From the NCBI RefSeq assembly GCF_006345805.1, contig NC_042998.1, forward strand, positions 23,870,001 to 23,934,000: a stretch of DNA of 64,000 nucleotides, in the 5' to 3' direction. This document shows positions 1 to 11,720 of this stretch, one piece after another. Source of the stretch: Octopus sinensis. Its lineage: Eukaryota. Numbering within the stretch: position 1 is the first letter of the stretch; each line of letters opens with the position of its first letter. Below the pieces are notes generated by a model. That model was not told the DNA's origin. It worked only from the letters and a program-made list of their open reading frames with translations, and did not search any database. A program made the translations under genes and the position numbers.

Positions 1-150
1 TTATGTCCTTGTAACTTAGTGGTTCGGCAAAAGAAGCAGATAGAATATTCACCAGGCTTACAAAGAATAAGTCCTGGGGCCGATTTGTTCAACTAAAAGG
101 CAGTGTTCCAGCATGGCCACAGTCAAATGACTGAAACAAGTAAAAGAAAT
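1..150 (+). mobile_element. SINE family A, 3' half
   Basis: gtaacttagtggttcggcaaaaga...catggccacagtcaaatgactgaaacaagtaaaaga, the same 3' end as >15 other copies in the window. Confidence 0.85.
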
Positions 151-1106
151 AATACACATTGGCAATGATGGAATTGAGAAGTATTTGCAAAGATATTTTT
201 TATATGTAAGATTTGATGTAATATTCTTGACAGCCATGAGCAACTGTGAAAAATAAAAAATAAAAAGTGGACCATTACAAAAAGAAGTTGCTGATCCATG
301 TGATAAATCATACTTAGCTTGTTCCTCTCCAGCTATTGCAGCATCTCTATAGTCTCCACACATCTCACATATCATATTTAGCAAATAAAGAGGATATCCA
401 TGATAGAAATCAAAGCAAATTTTGAGACATGAAAATCAGATTCTATTTGTTGACTAGATTCCTGGTTCAAAGAAAGGGGGAAAAATAAAACCGAGGTAAA
501 AAATGGAGAAAAGAAATTTTTGAAAACACCAGCTAAAAAACTTCAGGGAGAATAAAAAAAAAAAATAAAAGGTGAACTGACGCTATGTTCCAACATATAA
601 GTAGTTCACCTCATCGTTGTTGGTGTATCAACATCAAAGTAAATAACTGTCAAAGATTGTGTGTTCTGGGGAAGATTTTGGAGAAAGAAATCAGTTTTAA
701 ATATCGTATTTTGTTGGCAGATATACAGATGGCAGTATTTTTTTTTCACCAGACAAAGAAGCTATCACTTTCAGTTTCATAAAATATTAAATCAAATATA
801 TAAAAAAAACCCTAAGAAAAACAGAAAATAAATCATGCACACACAGATGCACATGTGCACACACATACATACACATGCAAATATGGAGATATATTATTTA
901 TTTTCAGATGGTTGTCTACATTTCAAATTCAAATTTAATAAAGTGAAAACTACTAATGCTTCAAAATGATAGCTGTCATCTTTTAGAAAGTTACTGTAGC
1001 ATAAAGTTTTTAGTAAAAGGAAAATAAAAATATTGTTAAATTATCTAATGAGTCTTGATATAAGCAAGAAAATTGCCTCATATCACCTAACACTTTTTTC
1101 TCACAG

Positions 1107-1112
1107 CTGCAG
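1107..1112 (+). other. Candidate 6-nt microexon (CTGCAG), or AG|GT recursive splice site
   Basis: cctaac branch point (1086-1091), acttttttctcacag acceptor ending 1106, CTGCAG, then strong donor gtaaga at 1113. Confidence 0.5.
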
Positions 1113-1544
1113 GTAAGACAATGTTTTCTATGTATATTTCATGTGAGGTCAAACTTGCATATGTATTTTAATTTCTTCTCATGTTTATTTTATTTTATTA
1201 TATCAACTTTCAGCTTGTTTTCATTTCTTTTTACTTAAGACTCCTACTGGTTTGGTGACAGTTTATTAAGTTCACTAGTGATTACTGAAAATTTTATTCA
1301 GATATATTCAATTTTCTTGTTTTCATTTCATAAAGAAATTTCTTTATGATCATATTTCGCATTTAATTATTTTCCTTCACATTGTAATCATCATTATTGT
1401 TATTCCTATTATTGTCAGTTTTATTATCATCATCATGTATTCAACTATTTCATGTGAATTTCTACCACATCACTAGGTGCACCTCCATATTCCTGAGATG
1501 TGTGCAGCGTTGTCCCTTGATGATGTAAATTTGCATTTATATTC

Positions 1545-1870
1545 TGCCGTCTGCCAGGCTCGTCTGGCACATAAAAAACACCATCCGAGCGTGGCCGTCT
1601 GCCAGCCTCGTCTGGCACCTGTGTCGGTGGCACATAAAAAACACCATCCGAGCGTGGCCGTCTGCCAGCCTCGTCTGGCACCTGTGTCGGTGGCACATAA
1701 AATCACCCACTACACTCTCGGAGTGGTTGGCGTTAGGAAGGGCATCCAGCTGTAGAAACACTGCCAGATCTGACTGGCCTGGTGCAGCCTTTGGGCTTGC
1801 CAGACCCCAGTTGACCCGTCCAACCCATGCTAGCATGGAAAGCGGACGTTAAACGATGATGATGATGATT
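1545..1870 (+). mobile_element. SINE-like family D with internal ~63-bp tandem units and (GAT)n tail
   Basis: gttggcgttaggaagggcatccagctgtagaaac core, ccatgctagcatgg hairpin and gatgatgat tail; about 2.5 internal repeats. Confidence 0.8.
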
Positions 1871-2179
1871 CTACATCAGTTTTGCATTGTTGCAGGGTTT
1901 GTCTGTTGTTTCTGGCATTAGTGTTTTATTTGCTCTATAGATTATGTGGATGCTGAAGAAGCTGAACAGTTAAAACATCTTCTTTGCATCTATGAAGACC
2001 CAAGTTTGAATCCGTTATTCGGAATTTTGATCAGATGCATTAATCATAGGTTTGGGGTAAAAAGAAAAAGGGGTAGGTGTATAGATGTATGCCTTATTAG
2101 GGTACTTCTGTATGTAGAAATGGGCATAAAGGGAATATTGTACACATGTGTGTTGGTGGGGATTTATGTCCGTAGGTGT

Positions 2180-2555
2180 AGGAGTGGCTGTGTGGTAAGT
2201 AGCTTGCTTACCAACCACATAGTTCCGGGTTCAGTCCCATTGTGTGGTACCTTGGGCAAGCGTCTTCTACTGTAGAAGACACTTGCTCAAGGTGCCTCAC
2301 AGTGGGACTGAACTCGGAACCATGTGGTTGGTAAGCAGGCTACTTACCACACAACGACTCCTCCTCCTATTCTGTCATTTGACTGTGGGCCATGCTGGAG
2401 CACCACCTTTAGTCGAGCAAATCGACTCCAGGACTTGTTCTTTGGAAGCCTAGTACTTATTCTATCGATCCCTTTTGCTGAACTGCTAAGTTAGAGGGAC
2501 GTAAACACACCACCATCGCTTGTCAAGCGATGTTGGGGGGACAGATACACACACA

Positions 2556-2652
<97 letters not shown>

Positions 2653-2830
2653 CTCCGATGGGCTTCTTTCAGTTTCCATCAACCAAATCCACTCACAAGA
2701 CTTTGGTCGGCCCGAGGCTATAGTAGAAGACACTTGCCCAAGGTGTCACGCAGTGGGAATGAACCCAAAACCATGTGGTTGAGAAGCAAGCTACTTACCA
2801 CACAGCCACTCCTGCACCTACTACCACACA
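2180..2830. mobile_element. SINE family A composite: + strand 5' fragment joined to - strand copies
   Basis: aggagtggctgtgtggtaagtagcttgcttaccaaccac on + at 2180; reverse complement of the same head at ~2290-2355 and ~2740-2820. Confidence 0.85.
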
Positions 2831-3422
2831 GCTATCCTAATAAGATATTGAAAATTATTGGAAAACATGACAATTAAAATGAAAGGAAAAGAAGTCATAG
2901 TGACAAGGGTACCTGTTTTGGAGGGATGGTCAGCAGTTCAGAAATTGAGGTGATAGTCATAAATGAAATTAAATGAAAATAAAGATGAAAATAAATATAA
3001 TAAAAGAAAAATGAAAACAAAATGAAAAAAATCGGAAATATTGGTGGGGATATAAAATTAAGTAAAATTATATGGGGAAAATATTGGAAAAAATATTGGA
3101 AAAAAAGTTAGTGTAAAGATGATGAAAAGATAATGAGCTAAAGAATGTAAAGATATTGAAAGAAGTCTCAAAAATTATAACGATTATGAAAAAACTGTAA
3201 AATAAAACAGGAAAAGGCAGTAAAATGAAAGGGACTAAAAACTAAATATAGTGGGATGTCAGGGTAAAATATAGTTGAGTGAATAAATTAGATGGGGATA
3301 ATGGTGGTGAAGAAGGTGAGTAGAACAGATGAAGTGGGGGTGAAATTATATAAGGGTAAAATGATATTAGGTGATGGTGATAAAGGTATTGATCATAAGT
3401 AGTGATAAATGTGATTTACAGA

Positions 3423-3812
3423 TCTCTCTCTATATATAAAGCTGAAGTTGTCTGTGTATGGCAGGTTTGGTAGCCTTCAACTAGCACTATCTCCTCCAAG
3501 ACCCTGTGGCGCAAGTTGACCAAAATTGAAAGTATGATAGAAGAAGGCTTGCTCTTCCTTCCATAGTAGAAAAAAATTCAAATCGGACCAGGTTAACACA
3601 AAAAATTATTTACATCAAAAAGGTGCTTTTTTTCTATGAAAATCCCTATTTTTTACAATTTTTTGACTGTCACCATTTTTCAGTGTATTTCAACCAGAAA
3701 AATGTTCATTTAAAGAGAATAACAAGCTACATAATGCAAATTTTTTACTTTTCAAAACTTTCAATTCTAAAGGATCAAAACAAACCTGAGCAATGCTGGG
3801 CGATACTGCTAG
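3423..3812 (+). mobile_element. Non-autonomous Helitron-like element
   Basis: 5' TC(TC)nTATATATAAA and 3' gagcaatgctgggcgatactgCTAG, inserted between A3422 and T3813; homologous copy at 14265-14586 (-). Confidence 0.7.
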
Positions 3813-3966
3813 TATAGAATAAATAAAGAGGGAGGGATGGCGAATATAGGGATACTGCTGAAAGGATTAGGTCCTAAAGCCAACCATGTTCATGGAAAGT
3901 GCATATGTGTTTCTACTTACAGCACTTCCAATAGCAGCAATGGGGTTAGTAATGAAATTACTGATA

Positions 3967-4347
3967 GGAGTGGCTGTGTGGTAAGTAGCTTGCTTACGAA
4001 CCACATGGTTCTGGGTTCAGTCCCACAGTGTGGCACGTTGGACAAGTGTCTTCTACTATAGCATTGGGCTGACCAAAGCCGTGTGAGTGGATTTGGTAGA
4101 CAGAAACTGAAAGAAGCCCATTGTATATATGTATATATATATATATGTATGTGTGTGTATATGTTTATGTGTCTGTGTTTGTCCCCCCAACATCGCTTGA
4201 TAACCGATGCTGGTGTGTTTACGTCCCTGTAACTTAGCAGTTTGGCAAAAAGAGACCGATAGCATTAGTACTAGGCTTACAAAGAATAAGTCCTGGGGTT
4301 GATTTGCTTGATTAAAGGTGGTGCTGCAGTATGGCCACAGTCAAATG
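3967..4347 (+). mobile_element. SINE family A, near full length
   Basis: tRNA-like head, CORE-like ttggacaagtgtcttc, internal (TA/TG)n and gaaacaagtaaaagag tail. Confidence 0.9.
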
Positions 4348-4699
4348 ACTGAAACAAGTAAAAGAGTAATAGTGGGCAGGGACAATGATAATGACAGTGA
4401 GGTTAGGATAATAGTAGGATGGGCAGCGATGATGATTATTAAGGGATGAAAATGGGAGGGCCTAGAAATTTCACCTTCATGGTTACTGCTATCCTGTTTG
4501 GAATTTGTCTGGAGAACGAGTATATTTAAATACTTGCAAACTGAACCTTCTCACATATGGGCAGGGGGAAAGTATCTCCTCTCTTGAATTTAGGATGTTA
4601 GTTGCAGATAGGAGGTTCAGTTATTTGGCTATACACAGATTACTACTTGTTCCTTATCCATTATCAGCTTTTGCTCCACTTTATGATAGGATTATCTAT

Positions 4700-5100
4700 A
4701 CTTTTTTTGTTTCTGTAACTTGTTTCAATCATTAGACTGCAGCCATGCTAGAGCACCATCTTGAAGAATTTTTAGTCAAATGGATTGACCCCAATACTTA
4801 AATTTTTTTGCTAAGCTTGGTACTTATTCTATTGGTCTCTATTTACTGAACCGCTAAGTTACAGGGACAAAAATACACAAACACCTGTTGTCAAGTGGCA
4901 ATAGTGGACAAACACACACACACACACAGACACACACCCACCACAAGCTTCTTTCAGTTTCCATCTACAAAATCCACTCACACAGTTTTAGTTAGTCCAA
5001 CACTATAGTAGAAAAACATGACAAGGTGTCATGCAGTGGGACTGAACCTGGAATAATTAGATCAGGAAGCAAGCTTCCTACCACACATCCACGCTTCTGC
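4700..5100 (-). mobile_element. SINE family A, diverged
   Basis: Reverse-complement match to family A head and tail with many substitutions. Confidence 0.7.
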
Positions 5101-5389
5101 CTACAATAAATACTAAAATACTATTGTATCTATACCATTTCTTTTACTCACTTTTATTATTTCCTTTCCTTTCATCTTCTTTCTGTTACTCATTCATTTT
5201 TCTTCTTCTCTTTGTTTTTTTTTTCCCCTTTTACTTCCTTTACCATACTTTCTCTTCATCATTACATGTTGTGACAAGAAAAGTATGTATAAATGGGCAA
5301 ATCCCGTCCATTACTAGTCATGACTTGTCTGAAGATCCTGGGCACCAACAGGTGAAACGCAAAGTAGCAAGAAACTCGATTTGACCTAA

Positions 5390-5440
5390 ATTATATATAT
5401 GCGTATGTGTGTGTGTATATATATATATATATAGATATAT

Positions 5441-5471
<31 letters not shown>

Positions 5472-5503
5472 GATATATAGATATATATATATATAGATAT
5501 ATA

Positions 5504-5534
<31 letters not shown>

Positions 5535-6000
5535 AGATAGATATATATATAGATATATAGATATATATATAGATATATAGATATATATATAGATAGATAT
5601 ATAGATAGATATATACATACATACACGTATATATTACGCACACACACATATATATATATATATAGATATATATACATACATACACATATATATTACACAC
5701 ACACACACACACACATATATATACATATATGTATGTATATATGTCTGTATGTATGTATATATGCATATATGTATGTATATATGCATGTATGTATATATGC
5801 ATATATGTATGTATATATGCATGTATGTATATATGCATACATGTGTATGTATGTATGTACATATATATGAGAATGAGTATGTATGTGTGTGCATGCATGA
5901 ATGTGTACGTGTGTGTGTCTGTGCATGCATGTGTATTTGTGTGTGTGTGTGTCTGTGGTGTATGTGTGTTTCTGTGTGTCTGTGTGTGGTGTGTATGCAT
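5390..6000. repeat. Compound microsatellite (TA/TAGA/TATG/TG)
   Basis: Directly visible; explains the YI/HT-rich ORFs. Confidence 0.95.
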
Positions 6001-6057
6001 GTGTGGGGTGGAGTTAAGGTTGGACAGTTGATGTTCTGATTATGTCTGTTAATGCAG

Positions 6058-6143
6058 AATCATTTTCTGGAGACTTCTTGTCTCCAGGAAAAAACAAAAG
6101 AAAGAAGAAAAAAAAGAAACAGAACAGATCTTCTCTTCCTTAA
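6058..6143 (+). CDS. Candidate terminal coding exon (phase 1): (E)SFSGDFLSPGKNKRKKKKKKQNRSSLP*, polybasic C-terminus of an unidentified host gene
   Basis: ctgattatgtctgttaatgcag acceptor ending 6057; TAA 6141-6143; AATAAA at ~6257; unique non-repeat sequence. Phase is inferred, since all three frames are open for 28-39 codons. Confidence 0.35.
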
Positions 6144-6290
6144 TGAAGTGTCAGTTATAAGAATTCCTGACTCTTGAAGTTCTCTCCCCTTCTTACTTGG
6201 AATTTGTAATGATTGAGATCAACCATTTGATTTTTCCTTCTGTGCTGGATAATTTCAATAAATCAGGAATTTATTTCCTATAAAACTTAC

Positions 6291-6451
6291 AGGCACAGGA
6301 GTGGCTGTGTGGTAAGTAGCTTGCTTAACAACCACATGGTCCTGGGTTCAGTCCCACTGCATGGCAACTTGGGCAAGTGTCTTCTACTATAGTCTTGGGC
6401 TGACCAAAGCCTTGTGAGTGGATTTGGAAAAAAAAGGAAACTAGAAGCCCA

Positions 6452-6526
<75 letters not shown>

Positions 6527-7130
6527 GAGTGGCTGTGTGGTAAGTAGCTTGTTTACCAACCACATGGTTCCGGGTTCAGTCCCACTGCGTGACACTTTGG
6601 GCAAGTGTCTTCTAATATAGCCTCGGGCCGACCAAAGCCTTGTGAGTGGATTTGGTAGACGGAAACTGAAAGAAGCCCGTCGTATATATGTATATATATA
6701 AATATGCGTGTGTGTGTTTGTCCCCCTAGCATTGCTTGACAACCGATGCTGGTGTGTTTATGTACCCGTTACCTAGCGGTTCGGCAAAAGAGACCGATAG
6801 AATGAGTACTGGGCTTACAAAAGAATAAGTCCCGGGGTTGAGTTGTTCGATTAAAGGCGGTGCTCCCGCATGGCCGCAGTCAAATGATTGAAACAAGTAA
6901 AAGAGTAAAAGAGATTTATATATGTTTGTGTGTCTGTGCTTGTTGCCCCCACCATCACTTGACAACCAATGTTGGCGTGTTTATGTCCCCGTAACTTAGC
7001 GGTTTGGCAAAAGAGACTGATAGAACAAGTACTAGGCTTACAAAGAATAAATCCTGGGGTCGATTTGCTTGGTGGTGCTCCAGCATGGCCGCAGTCTAAT
7101 GACTGAAACAAGTTAAAGAATAAAAGACTA
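6291..7130 (+). mobile_element. Head-to-tail cluster of SINE family A (5' half, full copy 6525-6912, 3' half)
   Basis: Repeated aggagtggctgtgtggtaagtag heads at ~6297 and ~6525; tails at ~6900 and ~7115. Confidence 0.9.
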
Positions 7131-7254
7131 AAAGAATACCTTTATTCCTCTGTGTTGTCCTCATTCATGCTTTTGATGATCCTAAAATACTCCTCTTTGC
7201 TAATTTTCGCTTCGTATACATGGGCACACAAACACATACAGAGATATATACATA

Positions 7255-7453
7255 TTCTTTTATTCTTTAACTTGTTTCAGTCATTTGACTGTGGCCATGC
7301 TGGAGCACCACCTTTAGTCAAGCAGATCAACCCCAGGAATTGTTCTCTGTATGCCTAGTACTTATAATCTATCAGTCTCTTTTTCCAAACCACTAAGTTA
7401 CAGGGACTTAAACACACCAACAGATGCACAAACATATATACATACATATAATG

Positions 7454-7485
<32 letters not shown>

Positions 7486-7670
7486 CATATATACATGCAT
7501 ATATATATAGATAGATATGATGGGCTTCTTTCAGTTTCCATCTACCAAATCCCCTCACAAGACTTTAGTCAGCCCAAGGCTATAATAGAAGACAAGGTGC
7601 TACGCAGTGGGACTGAACCGAGAATCATGTGGCTGGTAAGCAAGCTACTTACCACACAGCCACACCTGCG
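7255..7670 (-). mobile_element. SINE family A
   Basis: Reverse complement of the family A head (ctacttaccacacagccac) and tail (cttgtttcagtcatttgac). Confidence 0.85.
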
Positions 7671-7672
7671 CT

Positions 7673-7710
<38 letters not shown>

Positions 7711-8160
7711 AAATGTGTGCATGTAATACGTAAAATAAATTTGGTTATATATTTACTCAATCAATCTGGCCTGTTTTGCAAATAACTGCAACAGCTCACT
7801 ACATCATCATTGTAACATGTTTTAAGACATTTAAGACATCACACAGATGTGAAACGTAGTTCAGTTAGTGCTAAAATGCTAATAAAATACATTCTGTTTG
7901 ATCAGCTGCTTTTTCTCTCTTCTCTATGTCTACATAAAGTAGCTGCCAGGAATAAGAGTTCTGTTATTGTTATTAATAATATAACGTTTAATAGATTATT
8001 AATCTAAGCTTTCATCTTATTTACTGTTTTACATTGTTCTGACCAGTCCAACACAGAAATCATCTTGAGTTTCCTGTGCAAGCACATACATATATGTACA
8101 TACACAGTCACACAGTATATATAAACTCACACACTCACACACATGCACATGCACACACAC

Positions 8161-8353
8161 ACCGGAGTAAACACATAAATGTAAAACAAGGTGGAAAAAA
8201 GAGTACTCAAATACCAGGGGTAGAGTAATATGCTTTATTTAAAAGCAGCAGAAATTCAAGAAAACCTGTTACTCAAGGTTTCACGTTCCCGACGAACGGC
8301 AACGTGAAACTCTGAGTAACAGGTTTTGTTGAATTTCTGCTGCTTTTAAATAA
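8161..8353. mobile_element. Penelope-like pseudo-LTR remnant with ~52-bp inverted arms and a truncated hammerhead core
   Basis: Arms 8236-8287 and 8301-8353 are reverse complements; CCGACGA-ACG/GCAA/CGT-GAAA-CTCTGAG-TA at 8289-8318. Confidence 0.6.
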
Positions 8354-8480
8354 GGTATATATATACACATACATATATATATACACAGTATATACACACA
8401 TACATATATGTATGTCTGTATCTATCTATCTGTCTGTCTATGTATATAATGTATAATATATATGTTTATACACACACACA

Positions 8481-9061
8481 TACGGTATCCATAAATTACT
8501 TACACAATTTGAAAAATTCTGAAAAAAATGAAAAATATGGATAATTCAGCAGAGTTTATTGGAAAACATTAGCAAACAAATAACATTTTGTTAGAACCAT
8601 CAGGTATGCTTCCCAACCACATGGTCCTGGGTTCAGTCCCACTGCATGGCACCTTGAGCAAGTGTCTTCTACTATAGCCTCAGGCCTTGTGAGTGGATTT
8701 GGTAGACGGAAACTGAAAAGAACCTGTCGTGTGTGTGTGAGTTAGTGTTTATGTGTGTGTGTCTTTGTGTCTGTGTTTGTCCCCACTCCATTGCTTGACA
8801 AGTGATGCTGGTGTGTTTATATCCTTGTAACTTAGCGGTTCAACAAAAGAGACCAATAGAATAAGTACCAGGCTTACAAAGAAATAAGTCCTGGGGTCGA
8901 TTTCTTCAACTAAAAGACATTGCTCCAGCATGGCCACAGTCAAATGGCTGAAACAAAAGAATAACACTTCCATTTGGACTCCATTGGTTGCACACAAACA
9001 CATGATACAATACAATACAAAAAACTGAGAAAATTGTAAACATAATTTATGAACACCAGTA
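8481..9061. mobile_element. Tc1/mariner-type MITE interrupted by a family A SINE (~8607-8963)
   Basis: Imperfect TIRs tacggtatccataaattacttacacaattt / aaattgtaaacataatttatgaacaccagta with TA-rich flanks. Confidence 0.5.
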
Positions 9062-9189
9062 TATATGTATACACACACACACACACACACACATAAGTAT
9101 ATATTTATGTGTGTATGAAGGCACGTGGCTTAGTTCTTAGCATACTCGGCTCGCAATCATAGATGCAAGTTCGATTCTGTCTTTTATAA

Positions 9190-9589
9190 TCTTTATATAT
9201 AAAAGAGAGGTTGTGTGCTGTCTGTCTCCTACGATTTAGATTCCTAACTACTCCCACATTTTGCGCTGCAGTTTAACCAAAACGGGGTATCTTATAGTCG
9301 TGATTCATATCGAGCCCTTCTGGGTATTAGCGCGCGTCTACGATGAGTCTACGATTTAAAAAATAATTTACCATCAATTTTTCCCATTTTTAATGCATTT
9401 TTGGCATATATAAGGGAAGTAACTCTCTAAAAATTTATTATTAAATTTCAGAACGTAAAAAGCTACAGTAACACCCCCCCCCCCTTTGTGGTTAGCCATA
9501 TTGAGATGGCTATTATACTTTACATCTCTAAAAATGCTTATATAGTTATTTCCCTTAGAAACCCAAGCAACGCCGGGCGATACTGGCAG
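9190..9589 (+). mobile_element. Non-autonomous Helitron-like element, second family
   Basis: 5' a|tctttatatataaaag; 3' gcaacgccgggcgatactggcagt, the same end motif as the 3423-3812 copy; internal ttagccatattgagatggcta hairpin. Confidence 0.65.
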
Positions 9590-10384
9590 TGATTAATAAT
9601 TGCTTTTATGGAACTTGTAAACATTTTTATAAACAAACATTGAAGCTTGGTGTGAGTTGGTATTTTTGAAATGGATGTGCTTGGATGAAATTGTTACTGA
9701 ATGAGATATACTCAAATGGAAGCATTTCAGCAGGTTTTGCCTCAATTACATCTAACATTCAGCTTCTAAATATGGAAGAGGCACAATCCAAAATGGAACA
9801 TCGGTAAAGTTGTATTCATAAAGACCTCATCATCTTACCTGAAAAATTCATTCAGGATCAAGTAAAGACTAACTTGCTGTTGTCTCATGAAAATAAGTGG
9901 GACCTTTTTTGTATCCTCAGAAGACCTGTTAAAGGAAACCCTGGCAAATATCTGGACTGCTACCTTATATATACTGATGGGTAAACCTGCAGCACAGTCT
10001 ATCTAACCTTCATTACCAAGGGCAAGGCTCAGAGACAGGCAAAGATTGTGCAGGTAACACTTATACATAAGCTTGTCTTCAGTTTGTGAGGCAGCACAAC
10101 TCCATGGTAATAGTCAACGGAATATTAAGTGATATGTTGTAAGGCAATGTAGATGGTGCACAAGCAATGAGAAATGATAGTATGGCTCCTTATGTAGCCC
10201 CTTATGATCTTCCAGGACCCTATGCTATTTCCTGTTGTGGGAACTGAGTCAAAAACTCCATAGAAAAAACTGTTGTATAGGGATGAGAGCCTAGTTGTTA
10301 CACTCATGGTAGGAAAAGCCATTTAAAGGACTTTGCTTGGAGAAGCTCAAAAAGCAGAGAGAGAGAGAGAGAGAGATGGTCAGC

Positions 10385-10590
10385 AGCAGCAGCTGTCCAA
10401 GAATTTGGACCTGGAGATCTCCATTTCCAGTGACTTCAAGGGCCACCTCCCAGTGGTGTCGGGTGTCAAAGAAGAGCCCTCGACTACAACAAGACGACCA
10501 AAGTTATTTTTTCTAAGGTCTGGAGTCTCCCGCTCCTAAGCCCTAGACCATCACCTAATCACCATTACCCGTCTTGTTGCTTAACAACAA
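10385..10590 (+). mobile_element. Dispersed repeat, probably RTE-derived, with an HDV-like ribozyme relic
   Basis: Second copy at ~62900-63110 (-); P2/P3/L3-like elements at 10438-10481. Confidence 0.5.
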
Positions 10591-11321
10591 CAACAGCAGC
10601 AGCAACAGCATATTTTGTAGATCTGTCCCAAAAGCACATCAGATGCACCACTGAGTACAGCTGCAAGGAGTGTCAGAACACAGACCGCATCTCTGGTTTC
10701 AGAAACCTCAAAACATGAAGAAAACAATAGAGAAGCAGCAAGTCGATGTCCCAGTTATGCTATTGCATCATCTTAGAGGAGAGAGAGAGAGAGAGAACAA
10801 GAAGAACAAACTGCTAGAGAAATCATTAAAATAAACAAAGATCTCAAAAATGGAAAATGAGCTTATGGGGAAGGCAACTAAAATTTCAGAGAACTGCTCA
10901 ACAAGTCAATATGGCTTTTATCAGACTCTATATGGAATTGAACTATTAATGGACAAATTAAACAAGCATGGCTGCAGTAGTTTAGTGACTGAAACAAGTT
11001 AAAGAATAAAGAAATGGGATCACATGATGTGAAATATGCGATGGACAGGCTGCTCATTGTTTGAATCTAGAAATGAGAGAAAATTTACTCAATACATAGA
11101 GCAGAGTGTATATAGGTTAGCTCACCATTTTTCCATTATTTGTTTATATTTAAAAATTGTCGCTTCAAATCGGAGAATAAATATCATTATGATATATATT
11201 GTATACAGTTATTGTACAGTTATTATACTATGAGCCTTCCATAGTAGCTTTCTCTCCATAACTTGCAAAGCCTTTTGGGTTTGTTTATAAAAATATTATA
11301 TTCTCTTTTTTTCTCTCTTTT

Positions 11322-11720
11322 CTCTCTTTTACTTGTTTCAGTCATTTGACTGCGGCCTTGCTGGAGCACCGCCTTTTAGTCGAGCAAATCGACCCCGGGA
11401 CTTATTCTTTGTAAGTCCAGTACTTAATCTATCGGTCTCTTTTGCCGAACCGCTAAGTGACGGGGACGTAAACACACCAGCATCGGTTGTCAAGCAATGG
11501 TGGGGGGACAAACACAGACACACAAACATATACACACATACATATATATACATATATACGACGGGCTTCTTCCAGTTTCCATCTACCAAATCCACTCACA
11601 AGGCTTTGGTCGGCCCGAGGCTATAGTAGAAGACACTTGCCCAAGGTGCCACGCAGTGGGAATGAACCCAAAACCATGTGGTTGGTAAGCAAGCTACTTA
11701 CCACACAGCCACTCCTGCCC
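11322..11720 (-). mobile_element. SINE family A, young full-length copy
   Basis: Close to consensus, CpGs retained. Confidence 0.9.

Noticed and set aside
58-384. 108-aa minus-strand ORF (MICEMCGDYRDAAIAGEEQAKY...)
   Set aside because: No recognisable family, a stop just upstream, no convincing splice sites, and the 3' third runs into a SINE
5318-6039. Long ORFs rich in YI/HT/CV dipeptides (also 43893-45634, 52092-52745, 59541-60993)
   Set aside because: Translations of dinucleotide and tetranucleotide microsatellites; not genes
9839-9925. Minus-strand 87-nt exon candidate (SSEDTKKVPLIFMRQQQ...) with a GTAAG donor
   Set aside because: Single unrecognisable peptide with no partner exons; chance occurrence is plausible
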